From Candidatus Eiseniibacteriota bacterium (GTDB lineage Bacteria; Eisenbacteria; RBG-16-71-46; CAZAMP01): DNA of 64,000 bases. The notes beneath the pieces were generated by a model. The model was not told the origin of the DNA. It was given only the letters and a program-made list of their open reading frames with translations, and searched no databases. Made by a program: the position numbers and the translations under genes. Positions 56,493-64,000 of this stretch are shown one piece after another. Location: assembly GCA_965224245.1 (NCBI GenBank), contig OZ245046.1, positions 5,280,001 to 5,344,000 on the forward strand. The letters are read 5' to 3'. Numbering within the stretch: position 1 is the first letter of the stretch; the number at the start of each line of letters is the position of its first letter.

Positions 56493-58102
56493 CAGAAGTT
56501 TCCCTTCACGATCAGCTTGACGATGTTCCGGTTGTCGGCGCTGCCGGCCAGGTCGCCGTCGTCGACGGGGTTCGGCGTGTCGCCGATCCAGCCCGGTCCA
56601 TACTCTAGAAACGCCTCCATGTTGCCGCGCGGGCGGTACTGGAGCTGCGTGAACAGTCCCTTCCGGAGGCGGGCGGGGTCGTTTCCGAACGTGTAGCGCC
56701 CGTAGACCTTGAGTCGCGGGGTGAGGTTGACGCTGCTCTCGACCGACGCGAGCGCCTTCTCGTCGACGCTGTCGAAGTCCTTGATCTTGCCCTGGATCCG
56801 CATCCAGGCCAGGCGGCTCTCCACCTGCACCTCGGCGAAGAGGTCCCGGTTCTGCGTGACGTCCGGGAACTCCGGCTCCGAGAGGTTCCGGTCGATTCGA
56901 TTCGAGTAGTAGAACTTCGTGGTGAAGCCGTTCACGTACTCGACGTACATCTCGGCGTAGAGCTCGGTGAACTTCCGCCGGTCGAAGACGAATCGCTCGT
57001 AGTTGGTGTAGTTGAGCGCCAGCGTGATCGCGCGCTCGGGCACCAGGTACCACGAGTTGAGCCAGATGCCCTGCTCGCCCTGCGCGCGCTGGTCGTCGAG
57101 GGGGCTCGAGAGACGCCCGAGCGGGTTCACGAACTCCGGCCCGTAGTACCAGAAGGACGGCGCGAGGTTGTAGTAGCCGAACGTCGGGTGACCGACGCGA
57201 AGCGCGCGCAGCTCGCCCACCAGCGCGAGGTCGTCCGGCAGCCAGGGATCGAGGCGCTTCAGGCTCGCACTTCCGGGGTCGAAGCCGTCGTCACCCTCGC
57301 TCTGGAATCCCAGGCGCGTCGCGAACTCCAGCGACAGGTCGGTGACGCCGAACTGGTAGCGCATGTCGCCCGCCACCAGATCGAACGCGTTGCTGGGCTC
57401 GCTGGCCTGCGCCTCGACCTTGCGGTTGTACGTCATGCCCAGGCGAAGGCGGTTCCCGAGGAACGGGCGGCGCAGCCGAACGACGTGCGCGTCGTCGGTG
57501 CTGACCGGCGCGAACGCCTCGGCTCCGGCGCCCGGGTTGGACTGCCCGCTGAAGTCGCTGGAGAGGAGCGTCATGTTGGTGCCCCCGAGGCCCCAGAGGT
57601 CCAGACGTGCGCCCTGCGCGTTGTCGGAGTCCTTCAGGTTGTTGGGCTCGACCACGCGGATGAGGTGATTCTCGACCCAGAAGCGATCCTGCCGCTGGAA
57701 GAGGTACAGGTCGGCTCCCCGCGTGGTGCGATCGATCCGGTAGCGCAGATGGCTCTCGCGGTACTGGAACATCGGCCGATTCTGATCGTTGGATCCCGGG
57801 TTCCAGTCGGCCTCGAACTTGACGAACGCCTCCACGCCGGTGGCCGGTGCCGAGAACAGGCGAAACTGCGCGCCGTTGTAGGTGTCGGAGTTGTTGGAGT
57901 CGAAGTCCCACTCGTTGCTGCGGTCCTCCTTCCGCGCGTCGATCTGGATCTGGTACTCGCCCTCGAGCTTGGTGATCGCCGAGGCGTCGATGGCGACGCC
58001 CCCGATCAGCGCGACGGCCAGCGCGCGCGTCGCCAGGCGCGTCGCGGCGTGGCCGGGACGGTCGGGGCGGGCGCGCTCGGCGCGGCGGACTCGGGCTACC
58101 AT
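56492..58102 (-). CDS. Predicted outer-membrane beta-barrel protein of unknown family
   Basis: Signal peptide ..IDASA; alternating strands throughout; ends VKLIVKGNF. Its stop overlaps the downstream start, and its start overlaps the upstream gene's end. Confidence 0.7.
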   Translation of the reverse strand: MVARVRRAERARPDRPGHAATRLATRALAVALIGGVAIDASAITKLEGEYQIQIDARKEDRSNEWDFDSNNSDTYNGAQFRLFSAPATGVEAFVKFEADWNPGSNDQNRPMFQYRESHLRYRIDRTTRGADLYLFQRQDRFWVENHLIRVVEPNNLKDSDNAQGARLDLWGLGGTNMTLLSSDFSGQSNPGAGAEAFAPVSTDDAHVVRLRRPFLGNRLRLGMTYNRKVEAQASEPSNAFDLVAGDMRYQFGVTDLSLEFATRLGFQSEGDDGFDPGSASLKRLDPWLPDDLALVGELRALRVGHPTFGYYNLAPSFWYYGPEFVNPLGRLSSPLDDQRAQGEQGIWLNSWYLVPERAITLALNYTNYERFVFDRRKFTELYAEMYVEYVNGFTTKFYYSNRIDRNLSEPEFPDVTQNRDLFAEVQVESRLAWMRIQGKIKDFDSVDEKALASVESSVNLTPRLKVYGRYTFGNDPARLRKGLFTQLQYRPRGNMEAFLEYGPGWIGDTPNPVDDGDLAGSADNRNIVKLIVKGNF

Positions 58103-59058
58103 CTCGGCTCTCCGAACGGCACTCGGAGCGACAGCTCGTACGAGATCCCGAGGTCGTCGTTCGTCACGAACGCGACGTCGACCAGAAAGCGCTCGGCGGC
58201 CAGGCCGACGCCTCCGGCGAAGTCCCCGCCCGAGACCCCCGCGCGGAGCGCGAACACGTCGTAGAAGGACACCTCGGCTCCCGTGTTGAAGAGCCAGTCC
58301 CCGCGCGCGTCCTGGTTGAGGCTCAGCGCGAACACCGACTCCGGATGCCACCGATACGAGAGGCTGACGTCGTGGATGCGCTCGAGCCGCGTGCGACCGC
58401 CGCCGTCCACGAAGTCGAACGTGGGCTCGATCACGTTGCGGACGACGTAGCCCACGGCCACCGTGGGGGACAGGTTCACCAGCGCGGACAGATCCGCCGT
58501 GAGCTTGCGCTGGGAGCCGTAATCGATCTCGCCGGCGTCGGCGTCGTAGCTGACGCTGGCGAGCTTGACGTTGGCCCCGATCGCCAGCGCGTAGCTCCCG
58601 GTGTAGGCCACGACGTCGCGCGCGACGCCGAACGTGACCATGTCCTCGGAGACGACGTTCTCGACCCCGGTGTGATGCCACGCGACCGAGACCGACGTCC
58701 GGTCGCGGTGATGGACGGCGCTCGCGAACTGGGTACCCAGGTTCTCCACGACGTAGGGCCGGCTGTGCACGAAGAGGATCTCGCTCCGGCGCATGGTGAC
58801 CAGGGCGGCGGTGTTCCACGACACGGCCGACCCATCGTCGGCGATGGCCGAGTAGGCGCGCCCGATGGCGGTCCCTCGTGCCCCGGCGAGCATGCGCTCG
58901 AAGTGGGCGCCCACCGGCTGCGGCGCGAGGGCGCTCAGGGCGACGGCGGCGAACGCCCAGACGAGGATCGAAGCGTCCGGTGACGTGACCCTTGCCCCGG
59001 CGTGGCGCGAGAGCGCGGCGCGCGCCGCCGCCCGAGCGCGGTTCGCCCGCCCGCTCAT
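58096..59058 (-). CDS. PorV/PorQ-like (FadL-type) beta-barrel
   Basis: GARGTAIGRAYSAIADDGSAVSWNTAAL matches the PorV-type GAR..GMG.A..A...D..A..WNPA.L N-terminus; GAE..ALRAG..GGVG; C-terminal LSLRVPF. Confidence 0.78.
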   Translation of the reverse strand: MSGRANRARAAARAALSRHAGARVTSPDASILVWAFAAVALSALAPQPVGAHFERMLAGARGTAIGRAYSAIADDGSAVSWNTAALVTMRRSEILFVHSRPYVVENLGTQFASAVHHRDRTSVSVAWHHTGVENVVSEDMVTFGVARDVVAYTGSYALAIGANVKLASVSYDADAGEIDYGSQRKLTADLSALVNLSPTVAVGYVVRNVIEPTFDFVDGGGRTRLERIHDVSLSYRWHPESVFALSLNQDARGDWLFNTGAEVSFYDVFALRAGVSGGDFAGGVGLAAERFLVDVAFVTNDDLGISYELSLRVPFGEPRW

Positions 59059-60311
59059 CTCACCACCGTGAACGCACGCTTCGCGCGGCTCGGGCCGACT
59101 TCCTCGACCACGCTCAGGATGTAGATACCCCCGGGAACCGGCCGATCGGCGCCGTCACGTCCATCCCAGCGATCCTTGGTCGGGTCGGTGGGAGAGGTGG
59201 CCGGCCGGACGTCCTCGACGTAGAGCGAGCGAACGACCTGGCCGCGCATGTCGTACACGCGGGCGGTCAGGCTCACCTCGCGGAAGTCCTCGGACGTAGA
59301 CGGGTCGAGACGGATCTCGAACTCGAGGTCTCGCGACTCCTCGGGCGAGACGATCGGGTTGGTGATGTGGAGGCTCGTGACGTCGAACTTGATGCCCTCG
59401 ATGGGTGGACGCCGCTTGAAGCGGATGCGCTCGCGGACCGAGGCGCCGAAGTCCGGGTAGCCCGGGACGCCATCGCCGTCCACGGCGTCGTCCGGGTCGG
59501 CGTCCCCGTCCAGCGGAAGGATCGCGTAGTTGTCGATCGTGACCAGCGCGGCGCTGTCCACCGAGTGTCCGTTGAAGTTGTCCGGTGCGGAGTCGGGGCC
59601 TCCGGTGCCGTCGGCGCCGGCGGTGACCACCGCGGCGAGCTTCAGGCGGTCCATGCCGTCGGGGACTCGCCACACGTCGGCGTCCAGCGCCGGCACGAAG
59701 TCCTGCTCGGACTGACCGAAGAAGACCAGCGACCACGGAATCGCGAACTCCATCGCACGATCGGTCGAGCTGCCGTCGAAGGTCGCCACACCTCGGAACT
59801 GCGTGGACGCGACCTGCACGACCTGATTCACGCCGGTGACCGTCCACATCTGCGGCGCGCCGTTCCGGTCCCAGGTGGCGACGAAGAAGTCGGGAGCGAA
59901 GTCACTGGAGAAGACGAAGTTACGGCGCCAGGCATTGACCTCGGTCATGCCGTCGAGACCGGCGACGCCGTCGGCCGAGGGCACCTCGTCGGCGACGTCC
60001 ACGAACAGGATCGTGTTGTTGTCGAAGATGAAGCCGTCAACGGCCAGGTAGAGCGAGTCGGCGTCCCAGGTGACCTTGATCTGGTTGACGTCGTTGAAGG
60101 GCCCCCACTCGGAGTCGTTCAGCGACTCCTCGAGCGTGTTCAGCTCCTCGTTGACGCCGAACACGACCTCGTCGGCCTCGAAGTCGGACGTGAAGCCGTC
60201 GACCTCGAGTCGACCGCCGCGGTCGAGCTCGGTGATGGCGTCGGCCCGTGGCGCGATCGCGCACAGCAAGAGCGCGAGACCGGCGCGGACGACCGGAGCC
60301 TCCAGATACAT
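59055..60311 (-). CDS. Secreted acidic beta-sandwich protein with C-terminal FlgD/T9SS-like domain
   Basis: Signal peptide; VDG, VTWDADSLYLAV, MEFAIPWS (CBM9/DOMON-like); CTD NPIVSP..VYDMRGQVV..WDGRD..PGGIYIL. Confidence 0.72.
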   Translation of the reverse strand: MYLEAPVVRAGLALLLCAIAPRADAITELDRGGRLEVDGFTSDFEADEVVFGVNEELNTLEESLNDSEWGPFNDVNQIKVTWDADSLYLAVDGFIFDNNTILFVDVADEVPSADGVAGLDGMTEVNAWRRNFVFSSDFAPDFFVATWDRNGAPQMWTVTGVNQVVQVASTQFRGVATFDGSSTDRAMEFAIPWSLVFFGQSEQDFVPALDADVWRVPDGMDRLKLAAVVTAGADGTGGPDSAPDNFNGHSVDSAALVTIDNYAILPLDGDADPDDAVDGDGVPGYPDFGASVRERIRFKRRPPIEGIKFDVTSLHITNPIVSPEESRDLEFEIRLDPSTSEDFREVSLTARVYDMRGQVVRSLYVEDVRPATSPTDPTKDRWDGRDGADRPVPGGIYILSVVEEVGPSRAKRAFTVVR

Positions 60312-60410
60312 CTGTCGCGATTTCCCTCGTTGGGGGCCGGCGACTCTGGGCTAGTATCAGGCCCGAAAACTTACCACACTCCCGAGTCGATTTGCCCAGT
60401 GAGGACGCTC

Positions 60411-63400
60411 ATGATTTCCCGACGTTCCACGATGGCGAGCGGACGCGCTCTCGAGCGGCTCGCCGTTGTGGTGGTGGCGCTGTCGATGCTGGCGCCGATG
60501 GCCAGGACCGCCGATGCCGAGACGGTCACGTTCCGATGCGAGGCGCCGGGCGCGAACGCGGTCTTCCTGGCGGGGTCGTTCAACGAGTGGTCGCCAACCG
60601 CGCAGGCCATGTCCGACGCGGACGGCGACGGTGTCTTCGAGGTCGCGCTCGACCTCGAGACCGGGGCGTACCCCTACAAGTTCGTGATCGACGGGACCTG
60701 GACCACCGATGAGACGGCCGCCGGGTTCGAGGCCGACCCGTACGGCGGACGGAACTCGATCGTGTACGTCGGCATGGAGCCTCCGGCGCCCGAAGCGGGC
60801 GGGGGCCGGGCGGCATCGCCGACGGGAGCCGCCACCGCCGCCGCGCCCGCGAGCTCGTCCAGGACGCACGACGTCACGTTCCGGTACGAGCCCGTCATCG
60901 GGGGCGAGCGGGACGTCTTCGTCGCCGGGACGTTCAACGGCTGGGTCACCGATCAGGATCGACTCACCGACGCCGATGCGGACGGCGTCTTCACCCTCAC
61001 GATGCCGCTGGCCGAGGGGCGCCACGACTACAAGTTCGTCGTGGACGGCAACTGGATGACCGACGAGAACGCGGTCGAGTTCGCCGACGACGGCTTCGGG
61101 GGCCGGAACTCCGTGCTGATCGTCGACGCCCAGGGCCAGGTGACCCCCGAGCGAGCGCAGGCCGCTCCGGCGGCGGCCGACGGTGCGCTCTACGACGTCA
61201 CGTTCACCCACGTCGCACCCGCCGCGCGCGAGGCGTTCCTCGCCGGCAGCTTCAACGACTGGTCGACCACCGCCACGCCGATGACGCGCTCGGACGACGG
61301 CACGTTCTCGACCACGCTCGTGCTGTCCCCGGGCTCGTATCCTTACAAGTTCGTCGTGGACGGCACCTGGACCACCGACGAGACGGCCGACCAGTTCGTG
61401 GACGACGGCTTCGGGGGCCGGAACTCGGTCATCGTGGTCGACGAGCGGTTCACGTCGGTGCCGCTGGAGCGGGGGGACGGGCTCGTCTACGAGGGCGACA
61501 TCCAGCACACGGGATCGATCGCCGAGTGCAACATGGTCTCGGACACCGAGGTCGTGTTCCGCGCGCGCGCGTATCGCAACGACGTGGACGGCGTCTCGCT
61601 GATGTGCCGCCGGAGCGTGGAGGGGCCGTGGGACGAGCGTCCGATGACGCGTTTCTCCAGCGACGCCGCGTTCGACTACTTCGAGATCACCTACAGCCGG
61701 CCCGACCCGGTCGACGTGGTGAACTACGGCTTCCTGTACCGGGATGGGGACGTGACCCGCTGGCTGGGTCCGCGCGGGTTCGAGGCCGCCGGCGTCACCG
61801 GAACCGCGTTTCTGTTCAACGCCGAGACCGCGGTCGTGCTGGATCCGCCCGGCTGGGTGCGCGACGGCGTCTTCTACCAGATCTTCCCCGATCGCTTCCG
61901 GAACGGCGACAGGAAGAACGATCAGAAGTTCGAGGAGTGGTACTACGAGGGACGCACGCGATTGCCGCGGGTCGGCCCGCAGAACGGCGAGTACTACCAC
62001 TTCGTGAAGGACTGGGACGACTTCTCCGGTCTGGCCGAGAGCCCCTATCGCTCGGACGGGAAGCCCGACTACTTCTCGTTCTACGGCGGCGACATCCAGG
62101 GGGTCATGGACGAGCTCGACTACCTGGCCGACCTCGGCATCACGATCATCTACTTCAACCCGCTGAACGAGGCCCGGTCGAATCACAAGTACGACGCCAC
62201 CGACTACATGACGCTCGACCCCCACTTTGCCGACCCCGAGCTGTTCGCCCGGTTCGTGGCCGAGGCGCACGAGCGGGGGATCCGGATCGTCGTCGACACC
62301 GTGTTCAATCACACCGGCGACACGCACTGGGCGTTTCAGGACGCGGTGAAGAAGGGGCGCGAGTCGGAGTACTGGGACTGGTACGAGTTCAAGCGCTGGC
62401 CGCTTCCCGAGCAGGGCGAGTACGACGCCTCCAGCTACTACGCGTGCTGGTGGGGCTTCGGATCGCTGCCCGACCTCAACTACGACCTCGTGCTCCCCGC
62501 CGATCGCGAGCACACGGTGTCGGACGTCTCGCAGGCCACGCCCAACCAGCCCGTGGTCGACCATCTGCTCGAGGTGGCGACGTTCTGGATCCAGGACATG
62601 GACATCGACGGCTTCCGTCTCGACGTTCCGAACGAGGTGCCGTTCTGGTTCTGGAAGATCTTCTGCGCCGAGGTCCGGCGTCTGAAGTCCGACGTGTACA
62701 TCGTGTGCGAGATCTGGGGAGATGCCACGACCTGGATCACGCCCGACCTCGTGGACGCGACCATGAACTACCGCTACTTCCGCGACCCGGTCCTGCACTG
62801 GATCGGACAGGGACAGGGCAACGCGGTCTCGTTCGATCGCGAGCTGGCGCCCGGCCGCGTCGTGTACGCGCCGCAGTCGCAGCAGGTCATGATGAACCTC
62901 ATCGACAGCCACGACACGGTGCGCTTCCGCACCCAGGCCAGGGGCGACGCGCGGCGGCTGAAGCTCGCGGCGCTGTTCCAGATGACGTACGTCGGAGCGC
63001 CGCACATCTACTACGGCGACGAGGTGGCCATGGAGGGCGGCGCCGACCCCGACTGCCGCCGTCCGTTCCGCTGGAGCTGGACCGAGGATCCGCTGCGCCG
63101 CGACGTGCACGATCACTACGCGAAGCTGATCGACATCCGCAAGCAATGGCGCGCGCTTCGCCGGGGCACGTTCACGCCGCTGGTCGCGTCCGGGAACACG
63201 TACGCGTATCTCCGCCAGGACACCGAGGGATCGGTGGTGGTGGTGCTGAACAACGGCGAGAAGGCAGTCGAGGCCGCAGTGCCGCTGGACGGCGATCGGG
63301 CGGGGGCCGTGTTCGTGGATGCCTTTACAGGAGAACGAGTTAACGCCCAGGGAGGGGAGCTCTCGGTGGCCGTGCCGCCGGTCAGCGGACGGATCTTCAC

Positions 63401-63425
63401 GCTCGCCCATCCGAGCGGGTCCTGA
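60411..63425 (+). CDS. Exported neopullulanase/cyclomaltodextrinase-type GH13 with three N-terminal CBM48 modules
   Basis: Signal peptide; 3x LAG(S/T)FN.W..YKFV.DG.W.TD..GGRNS; VFYQIFPDRF, GGDIQG, SNHKYD, DTVFNH, DGFRLDV, CEIW, DSHDT, YYGDE..DPDCRR. Confidence 0.93.
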   Translation: MISRRSTMASGRALERLAVVVVALSMLAPMARTADAETVTFRCEAPGANAVFLAGSFNEWSPTAQAMSDADGDGVFEVALDLETGAYPYKFVIDGTWTTDETAAGFEADPYGGRNSIVYVGMEPPAPEAGGGRAASPTGAATAAAPASSSRTHDVTFRYEPVIGGERDVFVAGTFNGWVTDQDRLTDADADGVFTLTMPLAEGRHDYKFVVDGNWMTDENAVEFADDGFGGRNSVLIVDAQGQVTPERAQAAPAAADGALYDVTFTHVAPAAREAFLAGSFNDWSTTATPMTRSDDGTFSTTLVLSPGSYPYKFVVDGTWTTDETADQFVDDGFGGRNSVIVVDERFTSVPLERGDGLVYEGDIQHTGSIAECNMVSDTEVVFRARAYRNDVDGVSLMCRRSVEGPWDERPMTRFSSDAAFDYFEITYSRPDPVDVVNYGFLYRDGDVTRWLGPRGFEAAGVTGTAFLFNAETAVVLDPPGWVRDGVFYQIFPDRFRNGDRKNDQKFEEWYYEGRTRLPRVGPQNGEYYHFVKDWDDFSGLAESPYRSDGKPDYFSFYGGDIQGVMDELDYLADLGITIIYFNPLNEARSNHKYDATDYMTLDPHFADPELFARFVAEAHERGIRIVVDTVFNHTGDTHWAFQDAVKKGRESEYWDWYEFKRWPLPEQGEYDASSYYACWWGFGSLPDLNYDLVLPADREHTVSDVSQATPNQPVVDHLLEVATFWIQDMDIDGFRLDVPNEVPFWFWKIFCAEVRRLKSDVYIVCEIWGDATTWITPDLVDATMNYRYFRDPVLHWIGQGQGNAVSFDRELAPGRVVYAPQSQQVMMNLIDSHDTVRFRTQARGDARRLKLAALFQMTYVGAPHIYYGDEVAMEGGADPDCRRPFRWSWTEDPLRRDVHDHYAKLIDIRKQWRALRRGTFTPLVASGNTYAYLRQDTEGSVVVVLNNGEKAVEAAVPLDGDRAGAVFVDAFTGERVNAQGGELSVAVPPVSGRIFTLAHPSGS

Positions 63426-63446
63426 CGCTGGAAAACATGCCAAGAA

Positions 63447-63455
63447 TGCTATAAT
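63447..63455 (+). promoter_or_regulatory. Putative extended -10 promoter
   Basis: TGCTATAAT between the GH13 stop and the next gene's AGGAGG RBS. Confidence 0.5.
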
Positions 63456-63548
63456 GTCCGGGTAACGACGATGCCCAGGCAGCCTCGCCACAGAAGGGGC
63501 AGCACCCGCGGCCACCGCCACGGGGTGCGAAACGCAGGAGGACTGACG

Positions 63549-64000
63549 ATGAAGAAGTCGTTCGAGCTGGCGCTGGCGGTCGCCCTGGTCGCGATGATCG
63601 CGACCTCCGCCGACGCGTTCTACGCTCGAGGCGCGTACTACGCGGATTGGGCCGCCGACGCCGGCAACGAGCTTCGCGACGACGGGACGAACGGCGACAA
63701 GGTGGCCGGCGACGGGATCTTCTCGGGTCTGATCACCGCCGACGTGGTGGCCGGGGACTACGAGTTCAAGGTCGCCAACGCGGACTGGTCGATCTCGTAC
63801 CCCAACAGCAACGTGTGGATCACCACCACCGAGGACAACCAGCAGATCCTGTTCACGTTCGACACGAACACGTACGACGACGGGTGGTTCCCGGCCACGA
63901 ACATCGTCTGGAGCGACGCGCTTCGTCTCGGCTCGAGCTGGGAGATCACCGGCGGAGCTTCCGAGATCGGATCGTGGACGCCGGGCGATGGCGCGGCGGC
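63549..64000 (+). CDS. Secreted carbohydrate-binding-module protein (N-terminal part only; runs off the window)
   Basis: Not in the ORF track. My translation: MKKSFELALAVALVAMIATSADAFYARG..LRDDGTNGDKVAGDGIFS..GDYEFKVANADW..EIGSWTP; AGGAGG RBS. Confidence 0.8.
   Translation, partial: MKKSFELALAVALVAMIATSADAFYARGAYYADWAADAGNELRDDGTNGDKVAGDGIFSGLITADVVAGDYEFKVANADWSISYPNSNVWITTTEDNQQILFTFDTNTYDDGWFPATNIVWSDALRLGSSWEITGGASEIGSWTPGDGAA

Noticed and set aside
58992-60410. 1477-aa version of the GH13 starting at 58992
   Set aside because: The extension is antisense to the 59055-60311 gene; the signal peptide and RBS indicate a start at 60411 (or 60432).
41905-63445. LacI/MalR-type operators in the glucan locus (GGAAACGCGTACC ~41907, CGCAAGGGTTTGG ~48986, GAAAACTTACC ~60365, GGAAAACATGCC ~63430)
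   Set aside because: Too degenerate and mutually inconsistent to call by eye; motif discovery across orthologous loci is needed.
5564-63521. Long antisense or alternate-frame ORFs (e.g. 5564-7618, 5848-8340, 9857-12043, 39333-42116, 48782-51316, 60357-63521)
   Set aside because: Shadow ORFs expected at ~70% GC: Arg/Gly/Ala-rich and overlapping well-supported genes.
1-64000. tRNA, rRNA, IS elements, integrases or prophage
   Set aside because: No cloverleaf, rRNA signature, transposase, integrase or phage structural motifs recognised.

Overview
High-GC (~70%) diderm bacterial DNA, densely coding, with no rRNA, tRNA, CRISPR or transposase that I can see. Secreted proteins end in FlgD/T9SS-like Ig C-terminal domains or a short S-W-x-x-[IL]-[KR]-x-x-[YF] tail, and there is a PorV-like barrel. 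This suggests an FCB-related candidate phylum such as Eisenbacteria, Latescibacterota or Krumholzibacteriota (inference only). Left to right: a GcvT-like + phytoene-dehydrogenase-like pair; macro domain; beta-helix secreted protein; queuosine-precursor transporter; a compact synthase-dependent polysaccharide operon (TPR/barrel, BcsA-like GT2, GH26) facing a GT-C; rsgA (with an upstream 17-codon ORF), DUF1992 and a RapA-like SNF2; a probably abundant secreted protein; a structured 260-bp tandem repeat plus an inverted covarying copy; an exonuclease-DCC fusion; an AlgE-like barrel; two divergent peptidases; an FHA / HEAT-kinase / PilT / PilT / degenerate HD-GYP cluster; a sigma54-like promoter driving a candidate sRNA; a Na+/solute symporter; Smr; NUDIX; a small secreted peptide behind a sigma54-like promoter. 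The standout is 37.8-64 kb: an alpha-glucan (starch/glycogen) locus with no SusC/SusD or TonB-dependent receptor in view. It instead has an operon of CTD-bearing cargo, a PorV-like barrel, two unassigned outer-membrane barrels (one with CBM48), a CBM48 lipoprotein and a SusE/F-like lipoprotein, plus secreted GH13s, malEFG and a MalQ-GlgB fusion.
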